A stretch of DNA of 64,000 nucleotides from Takakia lepidozioides (Eukaryota; Plantae; Bryophyta), in assembly GCA_030704615.1 (NCBI GenBank), contig CM060731.1, forward strand, positions 27,466,001 to 27,530,000, written 5' to 3'. The notes beneath the pieces were generated by a model that was not told where the DNA came from, did no database searches, and saw only the letters and a program-made list of their open reading frames with translations. Of the stretch, positions 36,709-48,370 are shown piece after piece. Both the position numbers and the translations under genes were made by a program. Within the stretch, counting starts at the first letter, position 1; each line of letters starts with the position of its first letter.

Positions 36709-37755
36709 ATGGAAGGCACATTTGCGGAAATGGTCGCCACATTGCAGAGTCTTCAGCTCCAGATGCAAGAACTTCGTGCCTCTACTGCCTAACTACAAGC
36801 TGATCAGTCTCGAGACCTTGGCAATGCTCTCAACAATTTGCAACAACAAATTTCAGAGTTGAAGGAGTCGAACAATGGATCTTCAACCTTACGAGTCCCT
36901 ACTACAACAAATCCTACTGCAATAGTTCCTCCAAATCTTCAACAGATTACAAGGGAACCAAAGGTCAGCATGCCCGAGAAATTTGATGGAACGAGATCAA
37001 GATTTCGCGGTTTTGTTCAACAAGTACGATTGTTCCTACGACTACATCCACAACGCTACTCTGATGAAGGTATTCAAGTGGGATTTGTGGGCACCCTTCT
37101 ATCAGGCACTGCCCTATCTTGGTTTGCACCGCTACTAAGAAAAAATTCGCATTTACTATACAATTTTGAAGCGTTCATGTCCGAGTTCGCTGCAACGTTT
37201 GGAGAGAATCATAGAGAGAAAGTTACAGAAACAAAGATGCGAAATCTTCGACAAGGAGCACGTCCAGTTTTCGTTTATGCTGCCGAATTTCGACAACTTG
37301 CGTGCGACCTTGACTGGAATGAGAAGAGCCTTATTAGTCAGTTTCGATGTGGCCTAAAAGATGGTGTTAAAGATTTGTTGCTAACAATGCCAAACGTGAG
37401 TACACTGAGTGAATTCATCACCCAAGTCATTGCATGCGATAATCGTTTGTTTGAAAGACGTCAAGAGAAGCAATCTGGATGGACGACGACGCACCATGTC
37501 GCTGCTACTACGACACCAAATACAACGATCCATCAGACATCCGGTAATGATCTTATGCAGATTGATGCTGTCCGATTCAAGCCATTGACGCCACATGAAA
37601 AACAAAGACGACGCTCGAATGGATTATACCTTTATTGCGGAGAAAATGATCACATGACATTAAACTGCCCCAACAAGAGAAGATTCAAAGCTCGGGGCAC
37701 CACTCAAGTGTTCGATACGAGGAGGTCGGAAAACGAAGATGTCCAGTCATTGTAG
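36709..37755 (+). pseudogene. retrotransposon gag (one premature TAA at 36790)
   Basis: ATG 36709 is in frame with ORF 36838-37755; capsid motif EPKVSMPEKFDG...LLSGTALSWF; degenerate knuckle YLYCGENDHMTLNC. Confidence 0.9.
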
Positions 37756-39590
37756 GGACCATGCGGCTGGACACCCCAAATTCCTCACAAAAAAAAGGTC
37801 TATTTCTACCTCCAAACCCTGTATCTTGTTTCACAGTTCCAATAAAGATCGGGATGCAAAATCGAGATATCTCCGTAGAAGCACTTTTGGACTCGGGCGC
37901 TTCAGCGTGTTTTATTGACAAAGACTTTGCGAAGCAACACAATTTAATGCTCGTAAGAAAGAAATTTCGGCCCCTATTGAAGTTATCGATGGACGACCGT
38001 TAGCATCAGGAAATGTTGACCATGAAACTCGACCCCTTGAAGTGAAGCTTAAAAATCAAGCATCACAGATGGTTTTCAATGTCATCCAGTCTCCAACGAA
38101 TCCTGTGATCCTTGGACTTCCCTGGTTTATACTTCATAATCCTAACATCGACTGGCAATCACGAAAAATTTCGGTAAGACAAAAATGCAAAAGTACCAAA
38201 GGTATTCAACCCCTGTTTTTTAGAGCTAGAGCCTTCATGAGAGCTACCAAAAAGGAGGCGGCATTTGCACTTTATGCGACTCTGATCAAGACCATAACAG
38301 ACAAAGGTACTTTAACATTACCTACTCAATATCAAGATTTCAAAGATGTCTTCGAGAAGAAAAATGCAGACATATTGCCAGAACATCGACCTTATGACTG
38401 TGCAATTAAGTTACAAGAAGGAGCCCAACCACCATTCGGCCCAATCTATAGCTTATCCCAGACGAAGTTGGCTGCATTACACAAACACATTGATGAAAAT
38501 TTGTCAAGGCACTTCATCCGACATTCAAAATCACCCGCGGGGGCGCCTATCTTGTTTGTGAAAAAAAAGGACGGATCATTACGCATGTGTGTCGACTATC
38601 GCGGTCTCAACAAAGTCACAATCAAGAATCGTTATCCGTTGCCGCTGATTTTTGGGCTTCTCGACCAGCTGGGACGAGCGAAGATTTTCACCAAAATCGA
38701 CTTGAGATGAGCTTATAACCTTGTACGGATAAAAGAAGGAGACGAATGGAAAACAACTTTTCGAACAAGGTACGGACATTTTAAATACAGTGTTATGCCT
38801 TTCGGTCTTATAAATGCTCCAGCAATTTTCCAACATATGATGAATGACATCTTTCGAGAATTTTTAGATGACTTTGTAGTCATCTATTTGGACAATATTT
38901 TGATATTTTCACAGAACGAAGAAGAACATGGCCACCATGTACGCCTTGTCCTTGATAAATTAAGAGAAAGAGGACTATATGTCAAGTTGGAGAAATGTCT
39001 TTTCCATCAATCTGAGGTCGAATTTATGGGCTCCATTATTTCCGACAAATGCGTTTTTATGGATCACAAAAAAATACAAACCATCATCGAGTGGATTAAA
39101 CTAACTTCGGTCCGAGATGTACAATGTTTTCTGGGTTTTGCAAATTTCTATAGAATCTTCATCAATGACTACTCCAAAATTGCTGCACCATTGACACGAC
39201 TCACATAGAAGGACAAATTTGTATGGGACGAGAAGGCTGACCAGACATTTGAAAGGCTGAAGCAGACATTTACAACGGCTCCAATACTCGTACACGCAGA
39301 CCCATCTAAACCATTCTTCTTAGAAGCAGATGCATCGGACTTTTTGCACTTGGCGCGGTACTCTCACAATACGGTACAGATAGCCGACTCCACCCCGTTG
39401 GTTTTCGTTCTCGCAAATTTTCCGCTGCGGAGATCAATTATGAAATCCATGACAAAGAATTTCTAGCGATTATCGATGCTTTTGAGGAGTGGTATCATCT
39501 ATTGGAGGGAGCTAAACATCAGGTCACTGTCTATACCGATCACAAAAACCTCGAATATTTTATGAGTGCTCGTGTTTTGAATCGACGTCA
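37735..39590 (+). pseudogene. retrotransposon pol (PR-RT-RNase H), disrupted and ending before integrase
   Basis: ORF fragments 37761-38003, 38042-38710 and 38795-39208, plus RNase H up to VLNRRQ (~39590). Confidence 0.92.
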
Positions 39591-40195
39591 ATAAGACGTC
39601 ATAACGATGATGTAAGTCAAGTTAGCTTCAAAGTGAAGACTCCACATTCAATGTACCTGATACGCTAAGGAGGGAGGAGCACCACAAATCAATATATATA
39701 GCTACACTTCCAGCACTCTTGCATCTTGTATTGGCAGTATGGAGTCGCAAGAACCAGATACATTGGAGTTGTCGCTTACCCAGCTACCAAAGCAGCCGTT
39801 CTGACTCTCACGACCTTCAACATCACGCCGACGCTCTCGAGACGTTGGACCACCAATGCAACGCGTACTTCCTCGTCAGGACCCCGTACGAAGGCAAGTG
39901 AAGCCTACTCGAAGTCCGATAATTTTGTTGGAGGTTGAGGCTTCGGACCCAGATGGCAACGAAATCATGTTTGAAGGCAGTTTCGAAAATCAGAATGCTC
40001 AAATCACTGCGTGGTCCCAAGTTCAAGGTGTTGGATACTATCGATGGTTGTAGGGACCTATAAATCATTTGAGTCCAGAACGAAGAGCCGAATACTTGGC
40101 AAGTATCATTCGTCGGATTTTGGATTTTCTCTAACTCTAAGCAAGTCCAAGATTTTATCGCTCCTCGAAGAACTCGGCGCTAGAGGAGGGGGTGA

Positions 40196-40808
40196 TGTCA
40201 CGGACATAATCTAGAGGAACTTACCAGGAGTAAACACCAGAAGTTACCAAGTTATCATGTTATCGGAAGTTACCATGACTTACTGTGATTTATCATGATC
40301 TACCATGATTTACCATTACTTACCAAATTACCAAGAGTAACTTGGGAAACTGCTCAGGAAGCTTCATTTGGAGGAAACTTCTCCATCAAGATACCTCATT
40401 TGTTTAAGGAAGCTTCTCCATCAAGAAACATTTGCTTAATCTTGGAAACTTCTCAAACAAGCAACCTCCATAAGGGAAGCTTCTTAGGGAAGCTTCTTAG
40501 TAGCCAGTATATATAGGAGGCGAGACCGGACACTCATCAGTCTCGCCAACACCAGTTCAAGCTACTATTGTTTCCAGTTCCCAGTACCCTAGCCCAGTTT
40601 CCAGTATCTGGTATTCCAGTCTAGTTTTCAGCATTCTAGTATTCAAGTCGTGTTCCAATATCTTGTACTCTTGTTCATTGTTATAAAGATCGTCTTGATT
40701 TCTATTTACTCATCGTGCATTCGGCCACGCCGACCTTGACTTCTTGTCTAGCCTTGTACCTCTAGTCTTATCTCTTGTTTGTGTTCAGTCATGTTCTCAT
40801 CCTTGACA
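40196..40808 (+). repeat. 3' LTR
   Basis: Direct repeat of 36053-36675, located just after the PPT. Confidence 0.96.
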
Positions 40809-43082
40809 ATTATTGCAAAACCAACATTAACTATTTGACGCATATTCATAATCAGCATATTGCGGAACTGCAAACTTCTGACAAACGTTTCATTAGCCCA
40901 CCACGAAATATATCCAACCTACATATTTCTCTAGACGAGTGCAACCCAGACATCGATATTATCTGCACCCACCCAAAGATCCAGACCCACGCTGACCTTG
41001 CCTACATATATGGACGACTAGGCTGCGGCATTGGAAGCATATCACTTGCTAGATTGAACTGGCTATGGAATATGTCCAATTTAAACCCCCTACCTAGCTT
41101 GCAACCCCAGATCCCGCCAACATTTGAGACAAAAGTTTTCACACTTCTCCAGCGCTATGCTCAAGATTTGCCCCCCAAGTGTCCAACCACAACCAACAAG
41201 CTCTCTCTCGCACGTTCTCACTCAACCTTACCCATGGCCCTCCTAGACTTTCTTATAACAGAACTTAAACTCACTCATTCATACTACTCTAACCCTCTCA
41301 CATGCCCCGTGGGGATAAAGAGTTACTCCAACTTGTATAACGCAGACCAGTGTTTCGGCTCTCTAGGCTTGGCCAAATCTCATCACTGGCAAGGTAGAGG
41401 ATTTGCGCACCCCCCGGACTATAGTACAACTACAGAAGCAATCCATTGGGCAAGAATAGTTGCCCATATATCCACAGAAGCCTTTACCGTATTGTACATC
41501 CCCACAATAATCACAATAACACTGATCACCCTATGTTGGCTAGCCCCCCGGAATGTTCACATGTGCTATATTTGACCCACGTACGATCATCTATGAATCA
41601 ACCCCACCATTACCAAAGTATATGAAATATCCAGAGCCATCCCTAACTAAACTAGTTTATGTACACCATTTAGGCAGCCCACAAATACCATGTACTTCCC
41701 AACTTGGAACCATCCAACCTACTACTTACCCCACGACTGATCCTATTCACCTGACACACACGTATCCATTCTGGCTGACATCCACTAAAGCTAGATTCCC
41801 GGACATAGCCCCCATTCGGGACCTGCATGCATATATGACAGAAGAAACTATGGACCAAATCCGTGCATCGCCCACCTATCTAAAACCCTACATATCCAAA
41901 TGGGTTACGCCACCTCAGCTGCTCCACCATATGTCTAATTACTTCTGGAAATCTCCAATAATCATTGATGCCCAAATTAAACAAACACTCCGATTTCGAT
42001 ACGGACAATACATGGGCAATCAACGACGTAATTTATTTTGGCCTCTATTATAACCTAACAAGCACTGCACGTTATGCCATTCCCAACCCCCTCGAGTGGA
42101 CACATGGCCGCATCTTCTTCTCCACTGTAAACATCCCATTATCCATGGACTTCACATTACTCGACATAATCAAGGAGTTTGGCAACTCCATAAACTTCTT
42201 CTCACACACCCTTAAACTAGATGGTACAACCGCATTAATGCAGACACATTTCAAGGTAGGCCACCGGACCACACAATACCTTCATGGTTGTTACCATGTA
42301 CATGCGCTAATCACCCATGCCTTTGTCTGACAAGATTATGCCCAGATACTCTTCTTGTCCGAGGACTCCCCGTCTCGTCGGCAGCACCAACAGGTCCAGT
42401 CCCCTCCCTCACTATTCACATCATTGAATTTGCCTTCTGTCATGACAGAGATCCCGACCAATCCATTATATTCAAACGTGAAAAATACGAACCCCTAGTT
42501 CTAGCCCTCCGTCAATATGGATGGAACACTGCCCCTTTGACAATTATCACTGCTGGTGTCAGAGGGGGAGCTCACTGTCAGAAAACCTAAAAGAAAACCT
42601 TAAACTACCTCATAAATATACCACCCCCCTATTACGATCATTACACCTCACGGCCATCACTTCACTATCAGCCATTATCCTCAACAAAAGAAAGATTGAA
42701 AGTGGCCAGCTTGCTACTTAGTATCTTGTTACCATAGAGCCCACCCCCGAAAGGGGGCAATACCCACACGGGGAAGAGGCTCTTATTTACGCTGGCTTCG
42801 GCTGGAGTCATATATATATATATATATATATCTCCCTTGGTAACTTTGGGTTGTTGATTTATACTTTTTCCAGGGCTTCATGAATCATGCCCATCAACCC
42901 TCCATAGCCTAGGCTTAATGGATAAGCCTAGTTCTCCCCTTAGGCAAGATGTCTCCACTTCCGAGCAAATAAATTTCAGGGCACCCATCCCGGGCAGGCT
43001 TCAACTACTGTAAAAACTAAAAGAAACAAACTTGGAGGAAATCAGTAACTTAATGCAGACTACAGACGTCTTTGAGCTGAGG

Positions 43083-43120
43083 AGGGTTTAGGGTTTAGGA
43101 GTCTTTCAAAGGTTTAGGGA
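43083..43120 (+). promoter_or_regulatory. telo-box-like motifs (AGGGTTTAGGGTTTAGG)
   Basis: Short plant telomere-type repeats ~100 bp upstream of the Era ATG. Telo-boxes are typical of plant translation/ribosome-biogenesis genes. Confidence 0.55.
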
Positions 43121-43208
43121 GGGTTGGGGAAGGAGTTGCAAAGCTCACAGACAAGGGTAGAGGTGCGTGGATTAGGTGGGCGCTGGGAGTCCAGAGACAG
43201 AGGAAGAA

Positions 43209-46200
43209 ATGGATGCACTCGTGAGAGTGCTGCGTCGGTCATGGCCGGTTTTCCAGCACTGCCCTTCGTCTGCGTCGCCTTCACAACTGCTCCAAGCCCT
43301 TTCACTTGCGCACTCCCACCATATCCACACAACCAGCTGCGAGCAACCGGAGAGCAGAAGTTCTTTGTCACCGGGTTCAGCTGATGGGGAAGTAAGCACA
43401 TCAGGCTATGGAAATGAAGGGGAAAGAGAGAGGACGTCGAATGCCCAGGCAATGGAATTGCTGAGAGTCGCACTGGATGAAGCTAATGAGGGTGAAGTCC
43501 TTCCCGTTAGTAGAAATGACCAGCGCTCGCTGCGGGTCGGCATTGTGGGAGCCCCCAATGCTGGAAAATCCAAGCTGACAAATTATCTGGTATGCGTTCT
43601 TTGATCTCACGTTAGGTGTTCTCTACCGGGGTCTTTAGAGGCTGGCCGTGAAATATGTCAAAGGCATCTTTTATGTATGCTACCACCCACCTTTGATTTC
43701 CTGCAATTGAGAGAGGCTTGGGTTTACTCCAAAGGATTTGGGGTGTGAAAGATTGATGAATTGGGGGCACTTACAGGTGGGATCAAAGGTGTCTGCAGTC
43801 TCGCGAAAGACTAATACGACACACAAGGAGCACATGGGTGTAGTCACCAAAGGAGAGACGCAGATGGTGTGATGAACTATGCTCTCTTTCCATTTGGAAG
43901 AAGTATTGTAGAATATGTTTCTATCCTGTGACAGTCCCGCTGGAGATTGATGACCAACACCTCATAGACTGCAATGAACTACTGATGGTTTGGTTTTATG
44001 TAGAAGGTCGAAGGTCTGAGGTCTGGTTCTTGAAGAGAGGTTGATAGATTAAGACACAGTGAGGTACACAGATAAGTCTTAATCATCTGCCAGTGGGTGC
44101 CAAGGCTCTATACTGCTCACTGCTTTGGGCAAAGTTTTGAGAGGTCTGACAACTTGTTGCTGCTAATAGTTGGAGGGTGGTTGGCAGCTATTCTATGACA
44201 CACCAGGCCTAACAGTTGATGTGAAGGGCCACCCTCTGCGTGTCGACAATAAAAGTCGTGTGCGCAGTGCCTGGCAGACAGCTGAACTCTGTGAAGCTCT
44301 TGTGGTGCTGGTTGATGCTCACCGTCAAGTTGAGAGGTGGTTTCTGCACACCCCCACCCCTCTCTCTCTCTCTCTCTCTCTCCCATGGGCCCTGGTGGCC
44401 CATGAACAATAAAACATTCAATTCTTTCGTTTTGCTCTTCCTTGGCAGAGGTCTGCGATCTTGAAGATCCAAAGTTCCCAGCACCCTACCTGCTTGACAC
44501 ACTCAGTCTTCATCCAATGGTTGGGGTTTAATTCATTGTCTTGTTTTTAACTGTGCTACATAGGCCTCCCATGGATGCAATAAACATTCTCTCTCACTCT
44601 CTCAAAGCACAGGGACTGCAATCACAGCCACAGATCGCAGATTCACGGCTCTCTCTTTCGTTCTTTCTCTTTGTGATGCCCAAATGGCCTTAAGGTCAAC
44701 ACTCTAGTCTCTCCTTCCTGTTCCCATGGGACTAAGGGGCTTTTGTGGTAATGTCGTCTTCTGTTTTTCTCTCTCTCTCTTTGAACTTTCCTTCCAAACT
44801 GGGTGCAGGATCTATGGCCATAATGCCATGGCAAACAAAGTCTTATGAGTACATTCTCTCTCTTTGAACAAAAAACAGATGCAGAGATGAAAAGGAGATT
44901 GTAATTGCCCAATGTGTGAGCAGCCCGAAGACAATATCCATATTCTGATACATTTTCCGGGATATTCTCACCAGAGAGTGACTCTCTTCAGGAACATCTC
45001 TTTTCACCAACTTTGAAAATCTCGAGGTGGAGCCTATAGCCATGGCCCTGTTGGGGTCTTACTTATGCGCAGATCACACACATCAGGTTGATGCTTTTGT
45101 GAATTCTTTGTAGAGGATATCTTAAAAGCCCAAACTAATTGTAAGTACCAAGGTAAGTCACAGCATGGGAGTGAGCCCCTTGCAAAGGTAGTGTTTGTTC
45201 CCTTTTGTTCTGCTCAAACTGGGCGCGGGGTCTATGGCCACAAGGCTACAGCAAGCAGCATCTTATGAGTACATTCTCACTAGAGGGGATGAGATGGAAA
45301 CTAATGAATGAATTACACATGACAGGCGTGACAAGCGGGTGTGTCGGTTGGTGGAAAAACTAGGCAACGAGGTCACATCATCCCAAAAAAAGGTCTTGTG
45401 TTTAAACAAGGTAAGTGCTTGCAGAATATTGGATAATCAGCGAGTAAATATGGCCAGGCATTTGGTAATGACCACAAATGAAGTTCTAGACCATGCAAGT
45501 TGCAAAAAAAATTCTATCCACAACCAATAGGAGAAACTGAAACATCTGTCAGGATGCTCATGTTAAAAAAGAATCCAGGCACAGGGACACGAGTATGTAG
45601 AAGCAAAAGTGGGGTGATGCTGGTGGTCTCAAGTGTGTTTCTTTCAAAAATGTCTCTACTCCGGCCTACACAATGTATGGCTGTGGATATAATGATCAAA
45701 CCTATACTTTTTGAGCAGGATTACACCATATGAATAGTGAATGAACTCCTTACCAATTGGGGCTACAAAGTTCAACCGCAATGGGGTCTCTGTTGTAGAT
45801 TCCACAAATTATGGATGCCATGAGTTTGGGAAGCAATTGCAATAGGCATCCCAAATAACTGCAATGCTTCTGTATCTCTTGAGCAGAGTCTCGATTCTTG
45901 CATTCGAGAAGCTTTCTTTCCTCCTATGAGCTTGATTTGGAGCCGTATGATCTCTCAGGTACCTGGCACGTATACAGTTTTTGTATAAGCTGCTGCTTAT
46001 GTGCCTGGGATGTGCAGGTGGACCTAGTAACGCCGAAGCGCCTGCTGCTGCCTGTGGCCGAGGAATTTGGTCAGCTGCCAGCCTTTGAAAGGTGTGGTGT
46101 GTCTCCTTGTGCTTTATTCGTTCAGGTCTTATGTCCCCTGAGAGGACTAACGCTTGACTGATTGATTGGAATGAGTGGTAATGGCATTCTAACTCTTGAA

Positions 46201-48032
46201 ACCCACTTTAGTAGAGTGTAACACATGGGTTTGTATGACCAGATCTTCTCCTTGGAACCACAGTCACATATCCCCCAGGATGGCTGCAAGACTTTGTAGT
46301 CGCTGCTGCCAGGGGGATGTAGATCCCACTGCAGTCCAGATAAGTTAGCTCTGGCCAGTAGCTAGCCACTGTGTAGCGCTGGCCCTGTCATGTAGTGCTG
46401 GTCAATGGATGAGCCATGAACTCGACCTGATACAGGTCCTGTGGTATGGATGCACTGATGCATGCTGATTTTCTACCACCATTAAAAGAAGTTACTGCAT
46501 TGCAGGGATGCTTACAGAGGTGGATGTTGAGGGAGGGTGCAGAGTGTTTATGATCTCCGGTTTGACTGGCAGTGGTATGCAAGATCTGGAGGAGTATCTA
46601 ATTGACCAGGTGCATTCCCCAGCTGATAACCAATGATTTTCACTAGGTTTTTTTGTGGGGAAGTCCTTATCTGCATACGTCTGAGCCTTGCTTCAGGTTA
46701 AAGTTTGAAATTGAGACGGGCAGTTGTGGACCAGGCAGTGCTGAGACCATGGGAAGAGGAGGCAGACGCTGCTGGATCACACCAGATGGCCAGATCGACG
46801 GCACTCGAGATTGTCCGTCAGCACATCTTTGACTGCTTGCATAAGGTGTCTGGTTCCCCCTCTCTCCCCCCAACCTTTCCTGCTCCATCCACAAGTTTTC
46901 TGCAAGCAAAGGCTAACTAGTATACCTTGCTTGCTTACTTTCTGTCTGTCCATCCATCCATCCATCACACTTTATTTTTCTAGTTTTTGTCAATGTCTCT
47001 TCTGTATTCTCCCGCCCTCTCATCCATCCCCCTTGTCTGCTTCATCCGAATTGGCGCCACGAGGCTCAAATTTGGTTGGCAGTGGTTTATTCCCACAGGG
47101 TCTGGTGTGATGGGCTTAGCAAGACACAGCATGGGTACAACATTTTCCCTTGTATGTGTGGGACAGTTGATGAATTGATAAACCACTGAACAGGAGATGG
47201 AGATGTGTGCAGGAGTTACCATACAGAATTGAGCAACAACATATTTCATGGAAAGTGCTGAAGGACGGTTCTATCCGTATTCAGCAGCTGCTGCTGGTGG
47301 AGAAAGAGGATCACCGCAAAATTTTGATTGGCAAGAATGGTGATGTCATCAGGCATGCCCCTTGACCAATCCTTCTGTTTTAAGCCTCTTCAGCATGTTA
47401 TGCACCATGCGGGCCTTTCTTCTTAAAGCATTGTTCCAGGGGTGTTTGGCTGATAAGTTGGGGTGGATGCCACTACAGGATAGCCATGTAGTTATGATTT
47501 TGGTACAATACCACTTACTGAAGGGACCGCCTCTGGGAGCAGTGCTGTTTGACTCTAATCCCTCCCTGCATTCAACACTCAATGTGACATCTGTGGTTTG
47601 CAGTGAACCTACAATAAAGCTCACTAGTGCAAATGGATGTTGTTTGCTTTGTAGTGGCTATGGAGTTCCATAAGGAGATAGTCACCAAAATGACATTGTT
47701 GTAACTGACATGGTGGCAATGTTACAGCATCGGCATTTGTGGATACCTATGAATAAGTTCTCTCTCTCTTTCCTCCATTTGTTCCTTTCTGTCTCTTAAA
47801 TTCAAAAGAGATTATGCCGTTTATTCATAAAAAAAAACATCAGTAATGACACATCTTAAGTTGTTCTTTGTTTGGCAGGGGGATTGGCACTGTGGCTCGT
47901 ATGGAGCTTCAGAGACACTTGAACTCCACTGTTCACCTGATCTTGGATGTTAAGGTTATGAAGGGGCAGCCATTATCGTCGCCTTTTGAGGACATTGGCT
48001 CTGACCCTTTATTACTTCCGGCTATGTACTAA
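43209..48032 (+). CDS. ERG: Era-like GTPase (ERG type), probably mitochondrial, multi-exon
   Basis: G1 GAPNAGKS, VSAVSRKTNTT, G3 DTPG, G4 LNK/VD, ISGLTGSG, then a KH-like C-terminus ELPY...KILIGKNGDVIR/GIG..AR.EL...VHLILDVKV. The N-terminus MDALVRVLRRSW is Arg/Ser-rich. Confidence 0.93.
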
Positions 48033-48370
48033 TATCGTGGACTACACTATGTTGTCGTTTGTATCTTCCACACTTAAAAAGATGGCGTTAACCCTTCTTT
48101 CCCTGCTTTCACTCTAGTGCTACCTGCCGTGTCCAAAACCTGGCACATACCTATGGCACTTAAAGGAAAATGCAATATTGGGTTAGCTCCACCTTGAGTC
48201 GCCACGGTTGTGCAAGCTGGATGTCTAAAGGCTGATCCCTTAAGTATGCACAACAAACACAACTGAAATGTATGTTGCCGCTGTCCTCATGTTTGTTACA
48301 GCAGAAGGTTAGAACTGTGTCTGTGACAAGCCACACAGAGGTTTTATGTATCTCTCTTAAAGTGAAAATT

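Larger units (their letters stand above)
36053..40808 (+). mobile_element. Ty3/gypsy LTR retrotransposon (Tf1/sushi/Tcn1-like chromovirus lineage), defective, integrase absent
   Basis: TG...CA LTRs; TSD ATTAC/ATTAT; PPT AGAGGAGGGGG (40182-40192). gag (PEKFDG, LMQID, zinc knuckle), protease [32 protein letters not shown] and RNase H EADASD...NYEIHDKE...TDHKNL are present with stops and frameshifts. Confidence 0.97.
34900..42831 (+). mobile_element. 5'-truncated, degenerate RLE-type non-LTR retrotransposon (Dualen/RandI-like), interrupted by an LTR element at 36053-40808
   Basis: RT thumb-like region (YSFHATPFS...LD...CGLPNSAP...GLG...ALNDPGKLG, 34921-35364); ECNPDIDI; SNYFW...TLRFRYGQYMGN; CCHC knuckle CTLC-x11-H-x4-C followed by RHN (~42065-42170); RLE core PDTLLV...IHIIEFAFCHD...KREKYEPL...GW...ITAGVRG (42288-42590). 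Ends in (AT)n at 42810-42831. The RT catalytic core and RNase H are not seen. Confidence 0.82.

Noticed and set aside
43083-43120. Interstitial telomere or chromosome fusion scar
   Set aside because: Only 2-3 repeat units at a gene 5' end; better explained as telo-boxes.
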